The notes beneath the pieces were generated by a model. That model was not told the origin of the DNA and did no database searches. It saw nothing but the letters and a program-made list of their open reading frames with translations. The translations under genes were made by a program, and so were the position numbers. Source: Nitrospinaceae bacterium (GTDB lineage Bacteria > Nitrospinota > Nitrospinia > Nitrospinales > VA-1). From it: a stretch of 37,857 bases of DNA. Of the stretch, positions 16,807 through 26,481 are shown piece after piece. The stretch is from positions 1 to 37,857 of the forward strand of contig JAJDAW010000070.1 of assembly GCA_029261635.1 (NCBI GenBank), given 5' to 3'. Each line of letters starts with the position of its first letter. Positions within the stretch are counted from its first letter, which is position 1.

Positions 16807-19536
16807 ATGTCCGATCCCAATAAATCTACCATTCTAAACAAACTATTCAGCTTCATTGAAAGACTGGCGTTTAAACATTCGCTGATTGTTGTCGTTCTTT
16901 CTATAATTTTGGCAGGGGTCTCCATATGGGTCACCGGAGAAAAGCTGACCTTCAAAACCGGACGCGGAGACCTCGTCGCCAAAGGCCTGCCCTATGTAAA
17001 ACTTTATGAAGAATACCGCGACCAGTTTGAAGACCTTGAAGGCATGGTCATCGTCGCAGAAAGCGAATCGCCAGAAAAAATGGCCGAATTCGCCGAGACA
17101 CTAGCCGCAAAACTAAAAGTCAGGCCCGACCTTTTCTCGCAAGTCATCTATAAATTCGATACATCCTATTTCCGCTCCCGTTTTCTGCTCTACCTCGATC
17201 CGCCAGATTTAGAAAGCATGCAAACCAAACTCGAAGAGCACCAAGACTTTATCGAATCCATCAACGCCAGTCCCGGCCTCAATCCCCTTCTAAACGAAAT
17301 CAATAGAGAAATCAGCTCCGGCATGGTCGATTCCCTCATGACCGATTTTCTCGGTGAAGGTGATGCAGAGGATGAAGAAGAAAAGAAAAATGACGAGAAC
17401 GATCTGAATCTTTTAATACGCATCATCGAAGAGATGAATCGATCACTGGGAAAAACGTATCACTATCAGTCGCCTTGGCAGTCGTTGTTCAATTCTGGCG
17501 AAGAGTCACTTCGCGAAAAAGGTTATCTCGTTTCTAAAAACGAAAAACTACTTTTCATACTCGCAGTTCCCAACGAAGATGAAACCAGTTTCACAGGCTA
17601 TAAAGACTCCGTCTACTCCGCACGCGAACTGATCGCCGAAGTGAAAAAAGATTTTCCCAGTATCTCAGTAGGGTTGACAGGGGAAGACGTGATCTCCACC
17701 GACGAAATGATAACCACCCAAAAAGATGTCGAACTCGCATCAAAGATAGCCTTGGGCGGGGTCGCCCTGTTGTTCATCATCGCATTTAAGGGAATCGTAA
17801 AACCCCTGCTCGCCGTGTTCAGTCTGCTCATTGCGCTGGCATGGTCATTGGGCTTCACCTCGCTAACCGTGGGGCACCTGAATATTCTGTCAGTGGTGTT
17901 CACCACAATTTTAATCGGACTCGGCATCGACTTCGGCATCCACATTCTCGAACGCTATAAAGAAGAACGAAAAGAGGGAGACGATATTTCAACCGCCCTG
18001 CAAAAAACACTGCAAGGCACCGGGCAAGGAAATTTTTCCGGAGCCATCACCACAGCCATGGCGTTCGGCGCAATGGTGCTAACCGACTTCATCGGCATTG
18101 TAGAGTTGGGGTGGATAGCCGGATGGGGTATTTTGTTTTGCATGGTAGCCATGGTGCTGCTGTTACCCGCATTGGTTACACTCGAAGAAAAATGGCGAAA
18201 ACCTGTCTATAAAAAATCAGAAGAAAAACCCATCACCGCCAGTATCAGTTGGCTCGACCGATTTTTCAACCACTACAAACTCATCATCGCCGTGTGTTGT
18301 GCGCTGGTACTTGTGTCATCGCTGGCTTTAAGAACCGCGCATTTCGACTACAACCTGTTGAACCTGCAAACCAAAGGCACCGAAGCGGTGAAATATGAAA
18401 TGCGCATACTCGAAAACGCAGGTCGTTCCGCCTGGTCTGCCGCCATGCTCGCCGACACCCTCGAAGAAGTGCGACAAAAAGAAACGCAACTGAAAACCCT
18501 GCCTACCGTAGAAAACGTAGAAAGCATCGCGGCGATGGTGCCAAAACATCAAAAAGAAAATTTAGAATACGTCCGCGAAAACCTTTCTCCCCTGTTGAGC
18601 GAACTCTACGTCGAAGAAGAAGACGAACCGTTCTCACTCAAGGGGTTGACCAAAACCTTAAAACGCATCCGCTTTAAACTGCAAGGCCGGGAAGGTAAAG
18701 AAGACAAAGTCGCACAAGCCGCAAAAGAGATCGATAAATTTTTTAAGCAGAACGAAACCATCGCGCCGGAATCAGCAGAGAAAAAACTCGAGCAGTTCTC
18801 AGAAGAATTGTTTGTGGATTATCGTGGGCTGATGACCGACCTCAAACAAAATGCCGAACCGAAACTAGTAAAGATTTCAGAGATACCTAAAAGCCTGCGC
18901 GATAGATATGTTTCCAAGCAGGGTAAATATCTGATTACTGTTTTCCCAAGTGTCGATATCTGGAACCTCGATGAGCGCAACCGTTATCTCAAAGACCTGC
19001 GCTCCGTCGATGCCAACGTCACAGGCAGCGCGGTGCATATGTTCAACTCCACACGGTTGATGACCGAAGGCTATATCAACGGCGGCATCTATGCTATGAC
19101 CGCAATCATCATCTATGTTTTTATCGTGTTTAGAAATCCGCGCACGGTTTTCTTTATATTGCTTCCTGTCATAGCAGGCTCGATATGGACAGTGGGAATC
19201 ATGGAGTTGACCGGACTCAAACTCAATATGGCGAACCTCGTCATCCTGCCATTGATATTGGGGATAGGGGTGGTGAACGGAATCCACATCACCCATCGTT
19301 ACCGCGAAGAGAAAGATAAAAATTCCGTTGTGCTAGGTAAGAGTACCGGGCTGGCGGTGATCTTAAGTTCGCTCACAACCATGATCGGCTTTGGCAGCAT
19401 GATGGTCGCCGACCACTACGGCGTTTTCAGTCTGGGGCTGGTCCTGACACTAGGTGTGTTTTGTTGTCTGGTTGCGAGCATCACGTTCCTCCCCGCACTC
19501 CTGAAGCTAAGCGCAGCAAAAGGCTGGAAAGTCTAA
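16807..19536 (+). CDS. hpnN: MMPL/RND transporter, hopanoid-associated HpnN-like
   Basis: Two TM clusters; GLGIDFGIH, FDYNLLNLQ, second repeat GIGVVNGIH, SSLTTMIGFGS. Confidence 0.8.
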   Translation: MSDPNKSTILNKLFSFIERLAFKHSLIVVVLSIILAGVSIWVTGEKLTFKTGRGDLVAKGLPYVKLYEEYRDQFEDLEGMVIVAESESPEKMAEFAETLAAKLKVRPDLFSQVIYKFDTSYFRSRFLLYLDPPDLESMQTKLEEHQDFIESINASPGLNPLLNEINREISSGMVDSLMTDFLGEGDAEDEEEKKNDENDLNLLIRIIEEMNRSLGKTYHYQSPWQSLFNSGEESLREKGYLVSKNEKLLFILAVPNEDETSFTGYKDSVYSARELIAEVKKDFPSISVGLTGEDVISTDEMITTQKDVELASKIALGGVALLFIIAFKGIVKPLLAVFSLLIALAWSLGFTSLTVGHLNILSVVFTTILIGLGIDFGIHILERYKEERKEGDDISTALQKTLQGTGQGNFSGAITTAMAFGAMVLTDFIGIVELGWIAGWGILFCMVAMVLLLPALVTLEEKWRKPVYKKSEEKPITASISWLDRFFNHYKLIIAVCCALVLVSSLALRTAHFDYNLLNLQTKGTEAVKYEMRILENAGRSAWSAAMLADTLEEVRQKETQLKTLPTVENVESIAAMVPKHQKENLEYVRENLSPLLSELYVEEEDEPFSLKGLTKTLKRIRFKLQGREGKEDKVAQAAKEIDKFFKQNETIAPESAEKKLEQFSEELFVDYRGLMTDLKQNAEPKLVKISEIPKSLRDRYVSKQGKYLITVFPSVDIWNLDERNRYLKDLRSVDANVTGSAVHMFNSTRLMTEGYINGGIYAMTAIIIYVFIVFRNPRTVFFILLPVIAGSIWTVGIMELTGLKLNMANLVILPLILGIGVVNGIHITHRYREEKDKNSVVLGKSTGLAVILSSLTTMIGFGSMMVADHYGVFSLGLVLTLGVFCCLVASITFLPALLKLSAAKGWKV

Positions 19537-19595
19537 CCCCCACTGGGCGTGGGGCCGACGCTTGAAATATTTATTGTATACGGAGGTTCTAGTCT

Positions 19596-19805
19596 ATGTG
19601 GTGGGAAATTGCCGTATATATCTTTGACATTACCTGGTTGTATCGTGGTTGGGCCTATATATTTTCCCTGGAATATAGAGCTGGGGTACAGGATGATTGG
19701 AGAGGTATGAACCGATTCTTCATAGGTATCGATATATTAATCTCATTGTTGTTTATGACTGCTGAAATTTATCTGGCCTATCTGGTGTACCAAAATAATA
19801 GTTGA
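19596..19805 (+). CDS. Small membrane protein
   Basis: 69 aa; GGAGG RBS; hydrophobic segments. Confidence 0.55.
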   Translation: MWWEIAVYIFDITWLYRGWAYIFSLEYRAGVQDDWRGMNRFFIGIDILISLLFMTAEIYLAYLVYQNNS

Positions 19806-19833
19806 GACGTATTCGCGTGCGGGGTGTCACTTG

Positions 19834-20001
19834 TTAAAACATGACCTCCAGCTTGGCTCCATCCGATTGAGGTTTCTCGTTAGGCTCTTCTTCTTTTAAA
19901 GGAAGCTTTTTCGATTTTTTTGCAGGTTTCTTACTGGTCTTAATTAACTCTTTTAATTGGTCAGCATCTAATTCGTCAAATGATGGTAGTTTGTCTTTCA
20001 T
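19834..20001 (-). CDS. Small charged hypothetical protein
   Basis: Start re-called to 20001 after GGGAGAGG; 55 aa. Confidence 0.4.
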   Translation of the reverse strand: MKDKLPSFDELDADQLKELIKTSKKPAKKSKKLPLKEEEPNEKPQSDGAKLEVMF

Positions 20002-20199
20002 TATCCTCTCCCCAAAGAACAATAATTAATTTGTCCACATCAATATCTCAAAAGAATATTTCAATTCCTCCTCAGTTATGTCTCAGTTTCATCACAAAAC
20101 CTTGTTAAACCGGATATTAAATGGATTATCGGAATTCGAGGAGAGGAAATATTTATAACAGTAGTAATTTCAATTAGCTTCTGAGGTTTGGGGTTTGCC

Positions 20200-20317
20200 G
20201 TCATCGCGAGCGAAGCGCGGCGATCCAGATTTTTGATAATCGCTTTTCATGCTTCGACAAGCTCAGCATGACAGTAACAAGATCTTTTAGAATGTCATCC
20301 TGAGTTCATCGAAGGAT
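20200..20317. repeat. Cluster of CGTC/GTCAT-type palindromic repeats
   Basis: GTCATCGCGAGCGAAGCGCGGCGATCCA (20200-20227); inverted pair 20249-20273 / 20293-20317. Confidence 0.8.
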
Positions 20318-20429
20318 CACCACACCCTTGTTTTTTCAGAGCCCCCGCCTTTGAGTAGCGAAAATGCAAATCAAGGCCCATCTTAATTGAAGGTTTTTAA
20401 TTTCTTTCAATACCTTCGGGGGTCTTCCC

Positions 20430-20861
20430 ATGAAACATAAAACACATCAATTCTCACAAGAAGAAAAGATAGAAGAAACCATCGCGCAATATATGTCAGC
20501 ACCTGTGCAAAGCGTTACTGGCAATTCAACAATCTTTGAAGTTTCCCAAATGATGGTCGAAAGAAATATCGGCTCCGTGTTGGTTAAAAACGGAGAAGAG
20601 TTTATCGGCATCATCACCGAGCGCGACTTAACTCGCAAAGTCATTGGTAAAGGGTTAGACCCTAAGACACCGCCAGTCACAGAAACCATGAGCAGTCCCT
20701 TAATCACATTGGATAGCGATCAACCCGTAACAGACGCCAACCAGTTCATGGCGAAACATAGAATCCGCCACCTCGCCGTAACCGTAGATGGGAAAATTGA
20801 AGGGATACTGTCTGTCAAAGACCTCGTGGCGTTTTATGCTAATCCTCGGTTGAGGCACTAG
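20430..20861 (+). CDS. CBS-domain protein
   Basis: NIGSVLV...GIITERDL...MSSPLIT...IRHLAV...GILSVKDL. Confidence 0.93.
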   Translation: MKHKTHQFSQEEKIEETIAQYMSAPVQSVTGNSTIFEVSQMMVERNIGSVLVKNGEEFIGIITERDLTRKVIGKGLDPKTPPVTETMSSPLITLDSDQPVTDANQFMAKHRIRHLAVTVDGKIEGILSVKDLVAFYANPRLRH

Positions 20862-20895
20862 CGATGTAACCACCGCTGGCAGTAATAAAAAAACT

Positions 20896-20965
20896 TCCCC
20901 CTGATAAGGGGGATTGAGGGGGGGGTGCCATCATAGCGAGTGACTAACAAGAACGTGGCGATCCA
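20896..20965. repeat. CCCCCTGATAAGGGGG-type repeat followed by a degenerate CGTC-type repeat
   Basis: 20896-20922 matches 28151-28177 at 26 of 27 nt. Confidence 0.85.
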
Positions 20966-21084
20966 TCCAGCTTTTGTTACTTCTATTTTATCATTCTGAG
21001 TTTTCGAAAAGGGAGGGAAATGCAGTTGTGGTCAAAAAGACCTGACTCCTTAATAACGATAGAAATTTCAATTAGCTTGTTATA

Positions 21085-23126
21085 TTAGGTCGAAATGCCA
21101 AATAGCTTCTCAATCTTGTTGTATAAAGGTTTGAAATCCTTAAATTCACTTTTATTTAACCCAACTAAGATTGTTGATAAGTTTGCTTTTTTATCTTTCT
21201 TAATCTTTAAATACTCTATAGATAATATTAATTCGTTGGTGACCAAATTATTTGTAGTTAGAACCTCATCGCTCAAAAAATTTTCTACTTCAATTAAACT
21301 TTGGAATTTTCCATTTTTTATATCGCCTACCTTGCCTAGATGCCTTTCAGGAATTGGAAGAAGAAGGCCATAAAAGCACGGGTGGTCATCACGCTTCTTA
21401 TAAAAACCACTTTCTGTATCGCCTTGAATTTCAGTGCTCCATTTTACCCCCTTTTTTAATTGGTAGAAATTTTCTGAGCCTTCTTTGTCAAAATCGAAAA
21501 GACCAATAACTTTTTTATCGTCATAACCATCAGTGTTGCTCATCCTTAAAAAACCACCAACATTACCAGCGCTCTTTGCTCTTCTTATTGTGAAAGGTGA
21601 TTTTTCTCTAAATAAATTTTCATAATTTTCTTTTGTGAAGGAAATATTTTTGAGTTTTAAATATGCAATTTTATAAATTGCGTCATACTTGTCTTCAACA
21701 ATTAAAATGGGTTTTAGATACTCCTCGATTTTTAATTTAACGCTTTCTTTTTCAGCTAAAGAATTTTTTAAATCTTCTTTTAATTCCTTATAAATCTCAT
21801 CACTTATTCTTTTTTGTTTTTCTTCTGACAACTGAGAAGCTTTAATTTCGTTAGCTTGGATATCGAGCCTTTCTTGCAAACGCTCAATAATTCTGGCTTC
21901 CTGTATGATTCCTAAGTCATCGCAGGTTTTTTCCCATTCATTATTTTTTTCATCAAACCGGGTTATAGAGGAATTATTGTTAGTATCTTCACTTTTCCAA
22001 ACTCTATATATTGAAACATCACTAGATGAATTTTCGATTTTTAGATTTTTAAGAGCCGCCTCTTTTTTAGAGTTGGTTTTTAGTTTTGAATCATTTTTAA
22101 TATTTTCTTCTTGTGGAGTGTGTTTTCGTTTTGTTGATAGGAATTCTTTAGTATGAGAAGTTATAAATATTTGTTTATTTCTCGAGTACTTTTCAAGAAA
22201 TTCATCTCTAATTTTTCTGATATTCTTTACTTCATATGAATTCTCAGGTTCCTCAAACCCCCAAATGATATTTTTCTTAGTGTTTTTTGATATTTCATCT
22301 AAGATTTCCGGAATAAAACGCGCTTGCACTCCATCACCTCTATCGAATAAAGAAATGTTGTTTTCTGTCCTAACAGAGAGTGTTCTGAAGAAATCAACTA
22401 GGGTAGAGGGGATATGGAAATTTGCGTCCACCCCACTACTTTTCTGGAATTTTTTAAATAGATCTTTTGTCTCAACTTGAAGCATCGAATTGAAATTTTT
22501 TGATGAAAGAGAAAACTTATTTTCTTTATTTTTATCCTCTTTTTCAAACAGATAAGATTGTAGTTTTTCAAACAAATGACCAAAGTAGGCTTTATCTTTA
22601 ATTGCTGGGACATACTCGAATTTAAAACTATTCAGAAAAAGTTTAACTTGGCGATTTCCTTTTAAATCAGTCTGGTAAATATATTCACCCTCAAAATTAT
22701 TTTTTTGTGAATATGATTTTGATATCCAAAATTTTTAGGAAGGCCTCTTTGATTTTTTTCGTTATTAAAAAGCAATTTAATTGAAATCACTTCATCTGAT
22801 CGTCTTAGCTCGCGAGGTTTTTCCTCAGGACTTTTTACAGTGTTTATTTTTTTTTGTGCTTCTTCTGTCCTTCTTTTCTCAATATCCAGATCGAATCGCA
22901 TAGCCGCATTTTTTGAGAAATCTCTATTCTTATCAAATTTAAGTCCGGGCGATATTTCATCATTAAAGAACAAATTTAAGGCTCTTAAAATATTAGATTT
23001 TCCAGAGTCATTTGCCCCAGAAAAAATATTTAAGTCCTTCAAATTATCAATTTTAACTTTTTCCTGATCTTTTCCTCCATCAAAGGACCTGAAGTGTTTT
23101 ATCTCAATTTTTTCAATAATATTCAT
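21085..23126 (-). pseudogene. AAA_15/OLD-like ATPase-TOPRIM protein split by a -1 frameshift (pseudogene, recoding or sequencing error)
   Basis: Walker A GANDSGKS in 22662-23126. The -1 frame is open from about 22733 through FEYVPAIKD, RGDGVQ, FEEPEN, FITSH, LIVED and LFDFD. Joined length about 680 aa. Confidence 0.8.
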
Positions 23127-23186
23127 TCTTGATGGCCAAATTCTAAAGTTATAATTATTTGTTCCGCAATCGGATTGTATCTGTTT

Positions 23187-23213
23187 GTAGGGGGTGGTGC
23201 AACTTACCCCTGC
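23187..23213 (+). repeat. GTAG-type REP-like hairpin
   Basis: GTAGGGGGTGGTGCAACTTACCCCTGC. Confidence 0.4.
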
Positions 23214-23286
23214 GGGGCACGATGGCTAAGGAAGAATATAACGGTGGCGGGGGGGGGGGGTAGTTAAGAGAAAAGAGTCGCAGACT

Positions 23287-23619
23287 CTATAAACTCTCGG
23301 AGGCGGCTTGTTCGGTGGGGTAGATGTTGAAGTGGTCGCCCATGTTGGCGATATCGATCACTTCTTTGACCAGGGGTTGTAGTTCGCAGAATAAAAGTTT
23401 CAGCTGAAACCTTTCCAGCATTTGCGATAAGTTAATGAAGCTGGTCAGACCACTGCTGCTGATATATTCCAGTTCTTTACAGTTTATAATGAACGGGGTG
23501 AAGTTTCCTTCCAAATAACCTCCCAGGATAGTGTTGAACTCATCGGAGGCTTCCATATCAATTCGCCCTTTGACGGTCACCACAAATGCGTTGTTTTTAA
23601 GTTCACCTGTTACTTGCAT
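23287..23619 (-). CDS. STAS-domain anti-sigma factor antagonist
   Basis: VKGRID, LEYISSSGL, V.EV.DIA. Confidence 0.9.
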   Translation of the reverse strand: MQVTGELKNNAFVVTVKGRIDMEASDEFNTILGGYLEGNFTPFIINCKELEYISSSGLTSFINLSQMLERFQLKLLFCELQPLVKEVIDIANMGDHFNIYPTEQAASESL

Positions 23620-23792
23620 GTATTTCTCTGAAATTTTTATAGTTTGTTAATTATAAGTTAAATGGAGATTCGAAGGAAGAACCATGATTGATAAACCCGT
23701 TTTTAATATTTGTGTTGTTTCTTGATGAGAGGGCAGTTATCCGTTACCATTAATACAGCTGTTTTCCATTCTTTGGGGAGAGATGAAAGGCG

Positions 23793-24119
23793 ATGGATGA
23801 AAAACTGACTTTTTCTGAGGGGGATTTGATCATACCGGAAGGTTCTTCTCACAGAGAGGCTTATATTATCGAAAAAGGCCGTGTGGAAGTTTCTCAACGG
23901 TCTGAAAAAGGGGAGAAGGTGGTTCTCGCCATTCGCGGTGAGAAAGAAATTATTGGCGAAATGGCGCTCATTGGCGGCGGAAGCCGTTGTGCAACTATCA
24001 CCGCTCTGGAAGATGTTGAGGTCAGCATCTTGTCGTATGAAAGATTCAAAAAACTTCCCAGTTCCAACCCCGGTGTCAAAGCAATTAAAAAAATTATGCA
24101 GGAAAGAATAAATTCTTAA
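23793..24119 (+). CDS. Stand-alone cyclic nucleotide-binding domain protein
   Basis: AYIIEKGRVEV, IIGEMALI...RCATITA. Confidence 0.88.
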   Translation: MDEKLTFSEGDLIIPEGSSHREAYIIEKGRVEVSQRSEKGEKVVLAIRGEKEIIGEMALIGGGSRCATITALEDVEVSILSYERFKKLPSSNPGVKAIKKIMQERINS

Positions 24120-24208
24120 ATTTTCTTTCCCATCGGCCTAATTCCTATTACCCCAGTTTTTGTTTGCGCCGGATCACCTTCATATGGATGGTCGTATAAT
24201 AAACAGCC

Positions 24209-24556
24209 ATGGTCGAACTTGTTCTTATTTTTCATTTTCTAGTTATCGTGTTTGTTCTTGTCGGGTTCCCGATCGGACTCAAATACAACTTGCGTCGCTT
24301 CCGCATTTTTCATGCCTGTGTGCTGGTCTATATTTCAACTCTGATGGTTATGGGCAAGCCTTGCCCTATAACGATTCTTGAAGAGTCGCTCAGAGGCGGT
24401 GCTGTTTACCAGGGTTCTTTCATCGCCACATGGCTCAACCGCATTATCTATCTGGAAGGAATGGACGCCGGGTTTGTGGTTTATATGGCAGTCGCGTTCA
24501 CCGTTCTTGTGGCATCCTCCTTTTTCTTTAAGCCTCTGTCGAGGCACGAAAAATAA
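24209..24556 (+). CDS. DUF2784-like membrane protein
   Basis: HFLVIVFVLVG, FRIFH, CPITILEESLR, GSFIATWL..IIY. TATAAT lies 8 nt before the ATG. Confidence 0.8.
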   Translation: MVELVLIFHFLVIVFVLVGFPIGLKYNLRRFRIFHACVLVYISTLMVMGKPCPITILEESLRGGAVYQGSFIATWLNRIIYLEGMDAGFVVYMAVAFTVLVASSFFFKPLSRHEK

Positions 24557-24574
24557 GAACAATAAAAGGCAACT

Positions 24575-24614
24575 TCCCCCTCATCCCAGCCTTCTCCCAC
24601 CAGGGAAGAAGGAG
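24575..24614 (+). repeat. CCCTCAxCCCAGCCxTCTCCC-type palindromic repeat
   Basis: CCCCCTCATCCCAGCCTTCTCCCACCAGGGAAGAAGGAG. Confidence 0.55.
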
Positions 24615-24748
24615 GATACGGTCGAACTTGTTCTCATGGCTTGTGGGTGGTAGAATTGCCGGGAATCCCCTCAGGGGATTTTGCATCTAAATCATAATAA
24701 ACACAGTATTTACGCGTTTTTTGCGGAAGAATTAAGAGAAAGTGCAGC

Positions 24749-25564
24749 ATGGCGATTAAATTTACCAAAATGAGTGGTAGTGGCAACGATTTCATCATCA
24801 TCGACAACCGTGAGCCTGTGATGGGCAACGATAAGAAAGTCGATTTCGTCAAACGGGTTTGTGACCGCAAAATGTCTATCGGAGCCGACGGTGTTATTTT
24901 TGTCGAAAACTCGGACAAGGCCGACATCAAATGGGATTTTTATAACGACGATGGTTCGTCTGCCGAGATGTGCGGCAACGGCGGTCGTTGTGTTGCGCGT
25001 TATGCTGTTGAAAAAGGAATGGCCTCGCCTGAACTGACTCTTGAAACTTTGGCGGGAATCATTGGCGCGAAAGTCGATGGTGCCAATGTGCGGGTCAAGC
25101 TGACGGCTCCTGAAAATTTACGCAAAGATATTGCGGTGGATTTGAATGGCGATCATTACCAGATCGACAGTCTCAACACGGGTGTTCCACACGCGATCAT
25201 TTATTCGGAAAATGTTGAAAATAATAATGTGAAGGCAGTGGGCAATGGAGTCCGTTTCCACAATGCGTTTGCTCCGTCAGGGACTAATGTCAACTTTGTC
25301 GAGAAGGTCGGCGACCATGCTTTGAAGGTTCGTACTTATGAGCGCGGTGTTGAAGATGAGACGCTGGCTTGTGGCACGGGTTGTGTGGCTTCGGCTTTGC
25401 TTTCGTCTTATAAAAATTTAGTGCAACCTCCGGTTGAAGTGAAAACCCGTGGAGGCGAGATTTTAAAAGTAGATTTCGAGTCCGCTAACGGAGCGGAGGT
25501 GACCGATGTTTATCTCGAAGGTCTCACTCGAATTGCTTTTGAAGGCACTCTTAAAGAATATTAA
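24749..25564 (+). CDS. dapF: Diaminopimelate epimerase
   Basis: FTKMSGSGNDF, AEMCGNGGRC, RTYERGVEDETLACGTG. Confidence 0.98.
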   Translation: MAIKFTKMSGSGNDFIIIDNREPVMGNDKKVDFVKRVCDRKMSIGADGVIFVENSDKADIKWDFYNDDGSSAEMCGNGGRCVARYAVEKGMASPELTLETLAGIIGAKVDGANVRVKLTAPENLRKDIAVDLNGDHYQIDSLNTGVPHAIIYSENVENNNVKAVGNGVRFHNAFAPSGTNVNFVEKVGDHALKVRTYERGVEDETLACGTGCVASALLSSYKNLVQPPVEVKTRGGEILKVDFESANGAEVTDVYLEGLTRIAFEGTLKEY

Positions 25565-25581
25565 TCATTCCAGGAAAATTT

Positions 25582-26448
25582 ATGTTTGAAGGATCTTATG
25601 TAGCAATAGTCACTCCGTTTAAAAACGGTAAAGTGGATGCGGCGGCTCTTAAAGGGCTGATTGAGTTTCACATTGAAAATGGAACCAGCGGCATTGTTCC
25701 CTGTGGCACCACAGGAGAATCGGCCACGCTGAGTTCAGCAGAGCACGAAGAGGTTATTGGTATTACGGTAGAAGCCTGTGCGGGCCGAGTGTCTGTGCTT
25801 GCGGGTACCGGGTCGAACGCCACTCACGAAGCGATTGAACTGACGCAAAGTGCAGAAAAGCTTGGCGCCAATGGGGCGTTGCTTATTACTCCTTATTACA
25901 ACAAGCCGAGTCAAGAAGGGCTTTATCAGCATTTTGCCGCTGTCGCGAAAGAAACCAAACTGCCTGTCGTTCTTTACAATGTGCCGAGTCGAACGGCGAT
26001 TAATATGTTACCTGCAACGGTGGCACGACTTGCGAAAATTGAAAATATTGTGGGCATCAAAGAAGCTTCGGGCGACTTGGTGCAGATCAGCGAAATCATT
26101 CAAGCTTGCGATTCAGATTTCTCCGTCATTTCTGGAGAAGACGCGCTCAACTGGCCGATTCTGGCTTTGGGCGGAAAAGGTTTTATATCGGTCACCGCAA
26201 ATATTGTTCCGGGTAAGCTTGCTCAACTTTATAAAGCCGCGAGTGAAGACGATGTTGAAACTGCAAAGTCTTTGCATTACGAGTTATTGAAACTCAACGA
26301 CATCATGTTTGTCGAGACGAATCCTATTCCGGTTAAAGCCGCGCTTGCCATTATGGGTCGCGTAGATAACGAATTCCGTTTGCCGCTTTGCCCACCGTCT
26401 GACGACAATCTCAATAAATTGAAATCCGTTCTTAAAGAATACGTGTAG
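25582..26448 (+). CDS. dapA: 4-hydroxy-tetrahydrodipicolinate synthase
   Basis: GTTGESATL, PYYNKP, LYNVPSRT, GIKEASG, ETNPIPVK. Confidence 0.98.
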   Translation: MFEGSYVAIVTPFKNGKVDAAALKGLIEFHIENGTSGIVPCGTTGESATLSSAEHEEVIGITVEACAGRVSVLAGTGSNATHEAIELTQSAEKLGANGALLITPYYNKPSQEGLYQHFAAVAKETKLPVVLYNVPSRTAINMLPATVARLAKIENIVGIKEASGDLVQISEIIQACDSDFSVISGEDALNWPILALGGKGFISVTANIVPGKLAQLYKAASEDDVETAKSLHYELLKLNDIMFVETNPIPVKAALAIMGRVDNEFRLPLCPPSDDNLNKLKSVLKEYV

Positions 26449-26481
26449 ATATTCGTTTAATAGTTAACAGGAGCAGGTGCT

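Noticed and set aside
22398-22613. 71-aa ORF as a middle fragment of the ATPase gene
   Set aside because: It is in the wrong frame; one -1 shift already joins the two real parts.
24557-24748. Lysine riboswitch upstream of dapF
   Set aside because: The region is filled by short repeats and a small hairpin (24664-24680); no L-box consensus was seen.
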